Shown in pieces: positions 13,660-26,445 of a stretch of DNA of 64,000 bases. The stretch's first letter is position 1; each line of letters starts with the position of its first letter. The stretch comes from Octopus vulgaris (lineage: Eukaryota). The notes under the pieces are model-generated. The model saw nothing but the letters and a program-made list of their open reading frames with translations, was not told the DNA's origin and ran no database searches. The stretch lies in NCBI GenBank assembly GCA_951406725.2, contig OX597815.1:35030001-35094000 (forward strand), written 5' to 3'. The position numbers were made by a program, and so were the translations under genes.

Positions 13660-15057
13660 GAGAGAGAGAAGCATTAAAACATCTAACGTGAAATAAGTCA
13701 ACATCAAATCGACGACGCCAAAGTGGCAGCGCCAAAACGGCTGTAGCAAAACTTCCATATCCATTCAAACTATGTTTTAAAGATTCGGCTTTCTGATGCT
13801 GATTTGTCTAGGAATAAAGTCGTGGCTACACGTATCTGTGGAATGTTAAGTCCCTTACTGGCTTATTCAATGAGCAGGTTGCTCAGGTGTTCAAATCCGT
13901 GAAACCGACTGTAAGTCATTACCTATTACCTTAGCTATTATATACGAGTACCCACTTGTTACCACATGTAGAAAAATTAGCATTAAACATGTATGTCTAT
14001 TTTGATGTATAAGTTGCAATTTAGTTAAATAACATGCCAATAATGTCTGATCTATGAAAGCAGGCATTTTGGCCAATCCTAAATCATTTCATTAAGAATT
14101 TACCATCGTTGCAACCTCCATATCCTTTACGGAATTTTACACGTATTGATAGCTATTAATTGTGAATCGTAGCTCATCGTTTAAACAAGCCTCAAGGCAG
14201 GCAACATTTGACGTCCCACTCGACACTCGTTTTGTAATATATTTGACTCTTCAAGTATTAAATCTTTTCAATAGTAAATGCTTTGTTGTTATTATTTAAT
14301 AATCTCCGCCTGTGTGTATGTGGTTATGTAGATCTCGGTTACTCGGTGACGGAGATACATTTGGTTGATCAAATGAATAATATAATCAGGAATTAACGTG
14401 TAAGTTGTTAAGCATTTCATTGACAGTGAAATTCGCTCGAAGAATCAGCGTGACACAGTGTGTCACACAGCATGACACAAGCTATCCGACGGACATCTAA
14501 GAAGTTTCCGTCTTGCTGCATTCTTTTTCTAGAACACAAATGAACCTCATTTGTCTGTAAAATACTTCAAAAAGAAATAAACATTAATTCACCGAAATAA
14601 ACATGAATAATTGAATTTTAAATAAACTTAACGGAATATGTTATTATATGAAAATTAAAAGATTATATTTTAGCTAAAATATTTTTTGGCATAAAACGTT
14701 TAACAATAAGTTCGTTTAAAAATATATAAAGAATCAGATTTTAAGTAATGATATGATTATATATAACAAGACTGTGGATTGGCAGAATTGTTAGGATATC
14801 AGACGTGATGCCTTGCGATATTTGTTCCGACTCGCTGATGCCAGGCTCTAACTGTCAATGCCTTTCTTTGTGACAAAGTACAATGGTGAGATGAGCTACT
14901 CATATGAACTGCTTGTCTTCCAAAAGTGACCCATATGAACTGCTGGTTTTCAAAGTCTTCGCTCTTGAGAAGTATGTTCTTGCTACAGATCTATAATCTT
15001 ACGAGACGTTCTAAGGCCTCCATGCATACATACTTACAAACATACATACACACACAC

Positions 15058-15088
<31 letters not shown>

Positions 15089-15169
15089 CATACATACATA
15101 CATACATACATACACGGCTGCTTTCTCGTATACGAGCAAAGCTATTGCTAGAAAGAAGCATTGAAATGA

Positions 15170-15480
15170 GTCATTGATAATGCAGTGTGAGGCCTTATAT
15201 GATTCTTGAGCCCTGCACATTTAATTGCATTATGCGCAGTTGTGCTGGCTGGCAGAAGGAATAGGTGCCATAGTATAAAGTCTTTTGATATGACTTTTCA
15301 ATCCTCCAACTGAACGGCAAACCTTTCCACAGGTTGCATATGTTCTGTTATGAGCAATAGCCGTATCACAATTTAAAAGGGGTTTTTTCCTGCGACTTAT
15401 CGCATGGCTGACCACGCCTGCATGATTCAAGTATTTCCTCTCACAAATCACACACGTAAATAAAACAACACTCCTTCATT
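15170..15480 (-). mobile_element. LINE (RTE-like) 3' relic with degenerate C2H2 zinc fingers
   Basis: Peptides ICERKYLNHAGVVSH, TCGKVCRSVGGLKSHIK and KCAGLKNHIRPH repeat a CxxC..xAGLxSH motif typical of RTE ORF C-termini; no splice structure seen. Confidence 0.5.
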
Positions 15481-16029
15481 TTCTATTGGTTAATTCTTTC
15501 TAAGCTTTCTCTGTTGCGTGTATTTGTGTGTGCATTCACGCAAAAAAACACAGATGACACCGTCGCACCGCTCATGCGACAGCTCCCCAAACCATCCTGT
15601 CCTCCAGAGTTTTTCTCCCATTGGCGGTAAGGGGTCCTGACACTTTGAAGTACTTCCACGTAGGAGAGAATTTTGGGGGCTTGTACAAGAGGATGTCGCT
15701 GGTGAGGGTTTTGCGAGGCTGGAGTGCAGATCCTGCTTCAACCCCATTTTGTCGCCTATTACAACACGCAGAGAAGACATCTGGGTCTATTCTTTGGTTT
15801 GTCGGCTCCCACACGGAACCTACGTATACACATCCACCCATACATACATGTTTGTGTGTATGTATGTGTGTGTGTGTGTGTGAGAGTAAGTATGTATGTA
15901 TATAAAAGGATTGTAATACAAGAAGATGGAATGAGTAGGCTCAAATCCAAATCATTAGAGCTCTTGTATCAACTGGTAATTACTGAGTGATTCACAAATT
16001 AATCACGTTCTTGCATTAATATTGATTTC

Positions 16030-16238
16030 AAATTTTGGCACAAAGCCAGCAATTTCGGGCTGAGGTGTTAAGTCGATTGCATCGATCCCAGTGCTCAATT
16101 GGTACTTATTTTAACGACCCCGGAAGGATGAAAATCAAAGTCGACCTCAGCAGAATTTGAATTCAGAACGTAAAAACGAATGCAATGCCGCTAAGGATTT
16201 TGCCAGGAGTGCTAATAATTCTGCTGACTTGCCACTTT
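16030..16238 (-). mobile_element. SINE family A copy
   Basis: ttggtacttattttaacgaccccggaaggatgaaaatcaaagtcgacctcagcagaatttgaattcagaacgtaa, the reverse complement of the family A body. Confidence 0.75.
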
Positions 16239-16696
16239 CATTTTTGCATTAACATTATCCAGCAATAGCAGTGTACCTGCACGTTTTCATGTGAGAGACT
16301 TCGAGAACTCTGCTGGATCACCTGTAATTTCCCATTGTTTTATACTCACGTTCTATTTTTAGCATTTCATTGACAATGAACAACACGGAAATACAAAGAG
16401 ATACAAGTGATAAAAAATACCAAAAATAAACTAATGGAAATAAAAATCAAAAACATAAAATAAATAAATTGACCTAAATATATTAATGAAAATAAAAAAT
16501 GAAAAATATAAATTATAAAATAATGAAGTCACTTATTCAATCAGTCCATTTTTTAGCACAAACATGTCTCAATTTTTATAAAGATAGATGAACCCCTAAG
16601 ATTATAATATATGATTATTATAATATTATAAGTCGTAAATATATAGACTGGAATAATTCCTTATTTCTTGTGTCTGTAAGTATTCTAATTCAAAGG

Positions 16697-17088
16697 GTGG
16701 AGGCGCAAAGGCCCAATGGTTAGGGCAGCGGACTCGCGGTCGTAGGATCGCGGTTTCGATTCCCAGACCGGGCGTTGTGAGTGTTTATTGAGCGAAAACA
16801 CCTAAAGCTTCACGAGGCTCCTGCAGGGGATGGTGGTGAACCCTGCTGTACTCTTTCACCACAACTTTCTCTCACTCTTTCTTCCTGTTTCTGTTGTACC
16901 TGTATTTCAAAGGGCCCAGCCTTGTCATACTCTGTGTCACACTGAATCTCCTCGAGAACTACGTTAAGGGTACACGTGTCTGTGGAGTGCTCAGGCACTT
17001 GCACGTTAATTCCACGAGCAAGCTGTTCCGTTGATCGTATCAGCTGGGACCCTCATCGTCGTAACCGACGGAGTGCTCCTACTATCTA
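16697..17088 (+). mobile_element. tRNA-derived SINE family B, tail variant 1, with 13-bp TSD
   Basis: Pol III A-box (ggcccaatggttaggg) and B-box (ggtttcgattccc) in a tRNA-like head; TSD tctaattcaaagg at 16684-16696 and 17089-17101. Confidence 0.9.
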
Positions 17089-17757
17089 TCTAATTCAAAG
17101 GAAGTCATTTGCATGTAGTCAGCTTGTTACCACAACCGAAAGCCAATCTCTCAGCCAGAACACTCAGATTTATATGTTTATAAACTTAGTTTTGACTTTT
17201 CTTGGGTCGCATCACAGTGGCTTTGCTAGACATTTAAGAAATGCTATTAGAACAAGAAAAATTTGCTCGCCTTCACCCTTATACATGCATATTCATTTAC
17301 ATGGTGTATACATAAATACACACACACACACGCACTTATATATACATATACAGATAAACACACACACGCTCGTACCCACATACATACATTTATAGACATA
17401 CATACACACATTCATACCCACGAACGTAACCATGCATACACCACGCTTACTAAAGATATTTCTTCTCGCTTCATAGCGTGAGCATTTACTTGCACGCATC
17501 CTTATGCATTCATATTCTTTCATTTTGCACTAATCTACATATATCTTTATTGTACATACATATATCTACCTAAATCTAACCGCATTTTGCCTCTCGTGAA
17601 TGTACATCCCTACATGCAACACCACCAATCATTAACCAATTATGCCCTTGTGCAAAATTTTCTCTATTTATATCTATTCTTTCAAGATTTAGAATATCCC
17701 CTCAACAAAAGAAAAATAAAGTTATGGTGAAACCTTATTGAGTTTTTTCGTTTAGAT

Positions 17758-17990
17758 CAATATTTCTCAACTATTTTTGCCGATGGATCCCCATTGATTA
17801 CTATTTTACTCGGGTGAACCCCCATAGCCATCCGGTGTCTAAAAAAATTACTTTCATAACTGAAGACCATTAGGAATTGTATTAAATTTTTTTTTTTAAT
17901 ATTTTGAGTATTGTAGAAGCGTAGCGAATTTATTGCACATATTTTAGCAGCAAAATGTTATATGAACCGTTAAGGAGCTGAGAACCACTG
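17758..17990. mobile_element. Putative hAT-type MITE
   Basis: Imperfect TIRs caatatttctcaa / ctgagaaccactg (consensus CAGTGGTTCTCA) with a near 8-bp TSD gtttagat / atttagac. Confidence 0.5.
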
Positions 17991-18095
17991 ATTTAGACCT
18001 ACCTATTTCTATACATCATATGTTTATTTACGTTTAATAATGCTTCTACTCAGATCCATATGATATTTATTCTATGACTATGTTCAGCAGGTACA

Positions 18096-18241
18096 TATGA
18101 GGGGTACAGAAAAGTTCCTGGCTTTGGGTAAAAGAAACTAAAGGAGGATCAGTCAATTATGATTTTATTCAAAAGGTTGGGTCTCCAACCAGGCCTTATC
18201 CGTTGCCCTTAAAGCCAGGGATCTTTCAGGACCCACTCGTA
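18096..18241. mobile_element. Tc1/mariner-type MITE (about 146 bp)
   Basis: TIRs of about 30 bp: tatgaggggtacagaaaagttcctggcttt versus the reverse complement of the right end, tacgagtgggtcctgaaagatccctggcttt; TA at both ends. Confidence 0.75.
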
Positions 18242-18742
18242 TATATCGTTACGTCCTGGCAAACAGATCAACTCAACAGTTACTTCCCTTTTAACTAAAC
18301 AGCTATACACGTATACTAGTTATTATGGTATTATACAATTTACGTAAACAACAGTCTGAACATACCAGTGCTATGATGAAATATTGTAATTACATCCTTG
18401 AGTAAATAACGGATTGATATAACTAAATAACCATATATATAAATTATTATAAAATTACGTAATTTAGGTAAACAAAAATATAATCATCCCAGTAAATATA
18501 ACGATAAAAGATACGAATTATAATTACATTTTCCCGTAAATAAAGGATTGATATAATATTAAATATCACGTGTTCTTTCGAAATTTCAGAAAGGAGCTTT
18601 TAAGTTAGAATAATTTCAGAGTGATTCTTGGTGATGTTATCATTGCATAATATTATTTCCAGAGTCTCTTCCAAGCAAAGCTTACATGCTTTTAAAGCCC
18701 ACTGTAATGTTTTTGTCCAGATGATATTAAATTATATAGGTA

Positions 18743-19242
18743 CTAGCAACATAGCCCGGCGTTGCCCGGGTATGTAAGAGCCCCTAGTAGGCAACGACTA
18801 AACCCAATCTAGTCCTTTCCCTCTAGGGAACGAAGGCGCATGTGTAGGTTTCAATGTCTTCTCTTCACTCGAATACTTCTGTGTATTTTTTCTGATGGTA
18901 AGGTATTGCATGGAAAACTAACGTCAGAATTAGGTTCCTTAGGGTAACATTAAGCTTCACCATGAGTTTGGTTAAAATCGATTGCAAGTTGCGAAAACTA
19001 CAACAGAAAATGTGTTGCATATAAAAAGCTTAGATTCTCGACCCCAGTCGAATTTATCGATTTTTTTCAGAACTGGGGGAACTTTTCAAACTTTTCGCTG
19101 CGTTAGTTTTGAATTATGACATTGGGCTATGTGTGTGTCAAGTTTCATCAGAATCGGTTGAAAGCCGTGGTCAGGGTGAGGGTACAACCTGACAGACACA
19201 CAGACACACAGACAGACAAACTGCCGTTTATATAGAGAGAGA
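18743..19242 (-). mobile_element. Non-autonomous Helitron (500 bp)
   Basis: Minus strand starts A|TCTCTC.. and ends with hairpin cccgggcaacgccggg followed by ctatgttgCTAG|T. Inserted in an AT dinucleotide without TSD; internal (TCTG)n near the 5' end. Confidence 0.8.
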
Positions 19243-19297
19243 TATACATACACACTCACAGGCATGCACACACACACATATGTTTATAATATGTATA

Positions 19298-19347
<50 letters not shown>

Positions 19348-19579
19348 TAATATATGTATATGTGTATAGTTGGGGTATGTTCTGTTAAGAACGTATAAGA
19401 GTACAAATAGAGCTCGTTCACCCTTAGAATTCCCAAATAGCCGGTAAATCATAATTTAATTTAAACTTAACTTTAAAACCTGTAGATACGAGAATCTGTG
19501 TGTATCGAAACATTTGTAGCGATTAAAAAGCTGCCTAACCGTACTTACTCTTCCAATTGACTCTTTTACTTTTTGTATA

Positions 19580-19653
<74 letters not shown>

Positions 19654-19687
19654 ATTGTTAAACAGGACGTCAAACATTAAGGCAAGG

Positions 19688-20129
19688 CAAACATTTCAAG
19701 TCGTATATAATATTATTACAGGAAGAAATTCAAAATTTCTTCATGTAATATTGGATATGCCGTCATCAGAGACAAACTGGGGGAAAATAATATGGAAAAT
19801 GAGAATGGTATATATCAATAAGATGATAACATAGAGGAAGGGAGTAAAGGAATAAGGAGATGGAATGAGAGAGAAAAAAAAAAAGAGGCATAAAATTCAT
19901 AGTTCAACTTTCCGAAGAAACCAAAGCATGGGTCCTTAGGTGTAATCCTGCGTATACTCCCTTCCTCTATGTTATCCTCTTATTGATATATACTATTCTC
20001 ATTTTCCATATTTTCCCCTCCAATTTTTCTCTGATGACGGAATATCCAGTACTCGAGGATATCCCAGAAACAGCTGTAAGATTTTGAATTTCTTCTCGTT
20101 AAAATATTATATATGACTTGAGATGTTTG
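19688..20129. repeat. Inverted pair of a short Penelope pLTR-like repeat (arms 19688-19846 and 19955-20129)
   Basis: Arms are reverse-complementary, e.g. gataacatagaggaagggagta / tactcccttcctctatgttatc; the right arm carries a hammerhead motif that is half-deleted in the left arm. Confidence 0.8.
20028..20081 (+). ncRNA. Minimal type-I hammerhead ribozyme motif
   Basis: TCT-CTGATGA-[cGGaATATCC loop GGATATcCCa]-GAAAC-AGCT-GTA-AGA: canonical core, stem II with 8/10 pairs, palindromic stem III (ACAGCTGT), GUA cleavage triplet, 3-bp stem I. Confidence 0.7.
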
Positions 20130-20366
20130 TCTTTCCGTAATGTTTGCAGTCCTGCTTAACAATTATATATCTGCTGCTTCTGAAATCTACAATGGCTCTA
20201 TAACTACCGTCTCGGCTATAATCTTGGAGTTCCAGTAATCCGTTACAGCACTTACCTAGCGTACCTAATCGTTTAGATCCCCTGTGAACTAAACACCCCA
20301 TACTTTGTGTATATATATATGTATACATATATGTATACATATATATATGTATACATATATATATGT

Positions 20367-20427
<61 letters not shown>

Positions 20428-20429
<2 letters not shown>

Positions 20430-20512
20430 ACTGGGCCTGATGAAGCCTTCTGGCTTCACAGACCCCAGTAGAACCGTCCAACCCATGCTAGCATGGAAAA
20501 CGGACGCTAAAC

Positions 20513-20543
<31 letters not shown>

Positions 20544-20545
20544 GT
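20428..20545 (+). mobile_element. 3' tail fragment of an RTE-related LINE/SINE ending in (GAT)n
   Basis: ccgtccaacccatgctagcatggaaaacggacgctaaac followed by (gat)n; 5'-truncated within a (TA)n tract. Family assignment from memory of similar tails. Confidence 0.5.
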
Positions 20546-21781
20546 GATATGTATATACAGTGACAAACATACTTCTGGTAAAAGTCCATGTATTTTAAGA
20601 TTCTTCAGGCAGAGTTGCCTCCCTTAGCTAAAGACCTCAAAATTGTGAGACTCGACCTCGTTTTCGAGGTCATTTTTGCAGCAAAAAAGATTTGTTGTGC
20701 AAAAAACATACTTGATTTGGTAGCCGAAAGATTACTGAATCTCATACGTCAAAATTGGCAACTCAGTTTTCGAATCCATTGGGAACATACGTACGTGCAC
20801 ACACACACACACGCTCACAAACTCTATTTTATTATATAAGATTGTATATATGTGCGTACGTATGTGTGTGTATGAATACGTACGTATGTATGTATATATG
20901 TATGTAGCGCCGGGACAGAAATACTCGGATTGGTGTCCGAAAGTACAGTAAGCCCACTGAAAATTGAGGGATACCTGGGGCCGGGGAACTTTTTTACCCA
21001 ATTACCCGAAAAATATTTCTTTACGCCGACGTTAGCCCCTTGATTTTAAATCAAAAGGGTTATTGAATCTATTCATTTATATGAATCTATTTACACAGAT
21101 GCAGTGTTGCCAGAAGAAACATTTCTGTCGTAACAAGGAACTAGATTTTTTATATAATTTTACCAATGTCTAATGAGTCCGCATTACCGCCAAGAATTTC
21201 ATTTTTATCCCATTTGGAGTAATTTAACCCGGTTCGCCGTCCCCTGCTCTAGGAGGAGACTAACTCGCATATACAACCCGCTGCTCTACTGAGCCGGATG
21301 TCTTGCACTTTACTTGCCTCTGGTATTCTTGGTATTGCTAGTGAGAGTCGTTGTGGTGTTGTACAAGCTGCAGTCGACTTAAAACTCTTGTACAGGCATT
21401 GTTGACACTTAACGCTTAACACTTAACATCTTGTGTTCTTGACTTTTGAATTGCAGTGGCGATGGGATGGTGATGACACACACAAGTCTGACAGGCAGAA
21501 GGTAAGTGACTTCAGATCTACACACTGACGGCTCTTGGTAGACAGAAATTCCTATCAGCGATGGCCATGTTCGTCTAACGAGTAGACAGCCATCATGTGT
21601 GTGTGTGTTTAACACACTCATGTACGCTCAAACGTAGACATATGTTAACTGTAAGGTATTCTTCTTATACAAAGAATTGTGTAAAAATGCATCAATCTGG
21701 ACGCTGAATGATGCCACCGGACAGTTACGTATTTCTGCATGATTATGCTTAATAATTATGCTTCATGATTATGCTTCATAT

Positions 21782-22030
21782 AAATCATTATATGAAGAAT
21801 ATCTTTAATGACTCTGCAGAGATGCATCTTATAATGATTTAGATTTTATAAATTATCTACAGATTTCTGAATCGAAACGGCTGTCAGAGATGTTGTCATA
21901 TTTTATAATTAATAAATCATTTTATTTATTACCTCTCCATTTTCTAATTATTCTTTAAATATATAAATATATGAACTACGATTTATATGGTTACCTTATA
22001 CTTGAACTTTCTATAGATTGGTAACTAACC
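21782..22030 (+). repeat. 249-bp direct repeat, copy 1 (contains a hammerhead-like motif at 21812-21887)
   Basis: Matches 23494-23742 with three mismatches by eye; CTGCAGA-GAT...ATC-GAAAC-GGCT-GTC-AG. Confidence 0.9.
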
Positions 22031-22359
22031 TCGCCTCAGTTGATCCTAACCGAGCATGAGCTGCCGTTCCTATATGTAAACAATAAAAACTATATTCATT
22101 GGTTAGTACTAAGTATTATCAAATTGGAATTGATGAATTGTAAACGAACTAATGTTTGAAATAAGGCGACGTATATTTATATTTAACACACTCCAGTACA
22201 CTCGAACGTGTAAAGACGGTCATTGTGGTTAATACTTCAGTGAAAATATTTCTCTTATCTGTATGAGCAAATAGCAGGGGCGTATATTCCGGGTGTGCTA
22301 GGTGTGCTCTGCATACCCATTGAAAATGGTAAATTCATTATAAATATTAGCCTAGGTAG

Positions 22360-22690
22360 TGGGTAGCGATTTTCTTCACGACCCTTCCTGACACGAGTCT
22401 CAGGCTCAGCTGGCTCCGGTTGACAGTACCCGGTATGGGCCCCTATCCAAGGTTACGGAAAGGAGACACCCATCAAAAGAAATCTGGAGTGGAGCCCCGT
22501 AAACGGTTTAGTGTTCGACTCGACACTCTTCCGGCAGCTCCTGCAACCAAGCTGGTGCCAAACGTAATGCTTTGCACTCCTTTGGACTACGTCAGCAAGG
22601 TCGAGAGAGGAATCCTGACGATTGGGCTACCCAGGACTTTCTTATATCTAGCCTAGGCCTGCGCAAAACTGGAGAGGAGACTGGTGAGGA
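22360..22690 (+). mobile_element. Probable 5' UTR fragment of an RTE-clade LINE
   Basis: GC-rich island with ctggagtggagcccc..cggcagctcctgcaaccaagctggtgccaaacgtaatgct..cctttggactacgtcagc, resembling RTE 5' regions; recognition only, no alignment run. Confidence 0.4.
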
Positions 22691-23493
22691 CATAAAATGT
22701 AAAAATCAGACTGGATTAGTTTATGCGCAACTCTATTGTCTCCCGAGACAAAAGGATGCCAACAACATTAACCTTACTCATTAATTTAATAACAAATCAT
22801 AATGGAAAACTTTTGTTATACCCCTGCTTGGAATATGGTAGCATTGGGTATGGCAGCACACCCAATATAACAACCAGCATACGCCACTGGTAAATATATA
22901 TATCGAGTTGAGCTCTGAATGATATCATCGGATTTCTTTGTTTAATTAGTACCGAATCGTTAAGTGTACAGATATGCACATTAGATTATCCACCGCAGTG
23001 CTAGCCTAATTAATGACTACTTTATAAATTACATGAACTACGCTATTGGTTGGCGAAGAAAACCGGATACGCCTTCTCTGAGTATAGTAAAAAAAACGTG
23101 AAATGGATCGCAGTCCCTCTTCTCTTGCGCATCAACTGCAGAGAAACAATATTTAACAAAGTTTTACATCAAAATTCATTTCAGTTTCTTCTGACTTCTG
23201 ACCTGTGGTCTATATATGCACACACACACACACATATATACATAGATACATACATGCATACATACATACATACATACATACATACATGCATACATATATA
23301 CATACATACATAAATACATACATAAATACATACATACATACGTAACATAACATACATACATACATACATACACACGTACATACATACATATACATAAATA
23401 AAGAATAAGGAGAAAATGGAGAGATAATTAATAAAATTATTTAATTATAAAATATGATATTTCTGACAGTTAGATAATTGATTTATAAAATTA

Positions 23494-23742
23494 AAATCAT
23501 TATATGAAGAATATCTTTAATGACTCTGCAGAGATGCATCTTATAATGATTTAGATTTTATAAATTATCTACAGATTTCTGAATCGAAACGGCTGTCAGA
23601 GATGTTGTCATATTTTATAATTAATAAATAATTTTATTTATTACCTCTCCATTTTCTAATTATTCTTTAAATATATAAATATATGAACTACGATTTATAT
23701 GGTTACCTTATACTTGAGCTTCCTATAGATTGGTAACTAACC
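23494..23742 (+). repeat. 249-bp direct repeat, copy 2, flanked by inverted degenerate copies (about 23400-23503 and 23913-23950)
   Basis: See copy 1. The flanking segments are reverse complements of parts of the unit; the 23913-23950 piece retains canonical CTGAAGA. Confidence 0.9.
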
Positions 23743-23863
23743 AGGATTTTCAATGGATTTAAGATCTATTACCTGTACTTGATGTTATATATATGATATA
23801 TATTATTATATTACTTGATGTTATTATAATATAATATTATTATATTACTTGATGTACTTGATG

Positions 23864-23915
<52 letters not shown>

Positions 23916-24092
23916 TTAAAATCATTATAAGATGCATCTCTTCAGAGGTAGTACAGATATTTATGTATATATGTATATGTTATAGCATTCGTAACCTCAT
24001 TGATATCTGATATGTGCAAAACGTTAATTTAAAATATATGTATGTAGGCATACATACAAAGATAAAGTACAAATAAGAATGTCATATATTGG

Positions 24093-24128
<36 letters not shown>

Positions 24129-24131
<3 letters not shown>

Positions 24132-24335
24132 AGAATTCACGGAAAAAAATACGAAAAAAAGAAGACAGGTGGTGTAGAAAACAAACAGATGTACTAGTAT
24201 AGCACTCGGGAATTGGAAAAGTCTTCAACGTTTCGAGCCTACGCTCTTCCACAGAAAGGAACACAGAAAGAAACAAGGAGAGAAACAAGGAGAGAAGAAA
24301 AAAGGGTGTAGTGGCTACCGATCTATCATGGCGAA
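24129..24335 (-). mobile_element. Short Penelope pLTR-like repeat in a (TA)n tract, with a hammerhead-like motif at 24223-24258
   Basis: Minus strand CTTT-CTGTGGA-A-GAGC-gtag-GCTC-GAAAC-GTT-GAAG; related copies at 32330-32470 and a fragment at 55070-55145. Confidence 0.6.
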
Positions 24336-24409
24336 TATATATATATATATAACTATGCATCTATATGTGCGTGTATATAGATGCATATATATGTGGGTGC
24401 ATATTTATA

Positions 24410-24461
<52 letters not shown>

Positions 24462-24996
24462 CACACAGAGACACACTTCTGCGTACGTGACAATTATAGA
24501 CCAAAAGCACACACACACATACACGTATGTATTCATGCATATATATGTATGCATGTAGTGAGGAGGCTCACCAATGAAAGAAATATATGTATGTTCGTCA
24601 GTCTATGTTACTGGTTTTAGTAATATGTCTTCATCTGTATCAAAGTAATATAATTTCTCACTTTTTATATCTCCCCCGGCTCCTGGCTCTTCCTCTTTGT
24701 ATATATCGCTATATCTAAACAATATATTTATATGTATATTATCCACCCATCCATTTTTTGCTTGATTATATTTCCGTGTTCCTCGACTGACCGATACGTC
24801 AAACTGTCTGTACATTTACTCACCCTTGACTATACACACTCACACACACACGCACACACACACACATACACTCACTCACACACACACACACAATTACATA
24901 CATATTATGGAAAAAATATATAAAATGTATAAATAAATGATGAGTAAAGCATATATATATATATATATATATATAAGCATATATATATAATGTGAA

Positions 24997-25335
24997 GGCG
25001 CATGGCTCAGTGGTTAGAGCGTCGAGCTTACGATCGTGAGGTTGTGAGCTCGAATCCCGGACCGGACTGCGTGTTGTGTTCTTGAGCAAGGCACTTTATT
25101 TCACGTTGCACCAGTTCACTCAGCTGTAGAAATGAGTTGCGACGTCACAGGTGCCAAGCTGTATCGACCTTTGTCTTTCCCTTGGATAACACTGGTGGCG
25201 GGGAGAGGGGAGGCTGGTATGCATGGGCGACTGCTGGTCTTCCTTAAACAACCTTGCCCGGACTTGTGTCTAGGAGGGTAACTTTCTAGGTGCAATCCCA
25301 TGGTCATTCATGACCGAAGGGGGTCTTTACCCTTT
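24997..25335 (+). mobile_element. tRNA-derived SINE family D with a CORE/V-like central domain
   Basis: A-box tggctcagtggttagagc and B-box gagctcgaatccc, then ttgtgttcttgagcaaggcactt...cactcagctgtagaaatgag; inserted in (TA)n. Confidence 0.8.
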
Positions 25336-25380
25336 ATATATATATATATATATATACACCCATATATATACATACATTTT

Positions 25381-25412
<32 letters not shown>

Positions 25413-25488
25413 AATATATATCTATATACGTATAATACATATATATATACATATATATATATACATACACATACACACATAAACACAT

Positions 25489-25546
<58 letters not shown>

Positions 25547-25849
25547 GCATATATATACATATAAAGATAGTTCGATAGATAGATATACATATACATATAC
25601 ATATATATGCTTGCATACATATAAATATATAGTTAGATATCTAAATACATGCATACACACACACAGACACACACATATGCTTATGAAAATGTAAAAACAG
25701 CCATATGTACGTATACGAATGTATATGTATGCTTGAATGCATATGCACATGTGCATATGCATTCAAACACACGCACACGCATTCATGATTATCTCTTCAT
25801 GCCCTCATCTCTAAATACATCAAGAAATCTGTTTTCCTTGCCCATATAA

Positions 25850-25909
25850 TACATGCATGCATGCATACGTACATACATGCATACATATTTTCATACACAC
25901 ATACATACA

Positions 25910-25941
<32 letters not shown>

Positions 25942-26079
25942 CATATATACATACATACATACATACATACATGCATACATATTTTCATACATACATACAT
26001 ACATACATACATACATACATACATACATACATACATACATACATACGTACGTACATACATACATACATACATACATACA

Positions 26080-26110
<31 letters not shown>

Positions 26111-26445
26111 GTACGTACATACATACATTCGTATGTACATACATACATGCATATATATATGTATGTATTTATACAGGCCTCTGTGTGTGTGTGTTTTTTT
26201 TGTGTATCTGTGTGTTTCTGTACGCACGTGCGTATGTTTATGTGCAAGTGTGAGTGCGTATGTGTATTTGTGCGTCTGTGCGTGTCTGTGTGTGTGTATG
26301 TATGTAAGTGTGTATGTATGTATGTATGTGTGTATATATGTATGTATGTACGTATGTATGTATGCATGTATGTATGTATGTACGTATGTATGTATGTATG
26401 TATGTATGTATGTATGTATGTATGTATGTATGTATGTATGCATAT
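25850..26445. repeat. (TACA)n array followed by its reverse complement (TGTA)n
   Basis: Directly visible; explains the HTYI/MYVC pseudo-ORFs. Confidence 0.9.

Noticed and set aside
16697-16775. tRNA-like sequences here and at 24997, 33626 and 43447
   Set aside because: They continue into SINE bodies, some with TSDs, and lack a complete cloverleaf and poly-T terminator; they are SINE heads, not tRNA genes.
20437-20460. CTGATGA-AGCC..GGCTT as a further hammerhead
   Set aside because: No downstream GAAA box or stem I partner; it lies in a retroposon tail.
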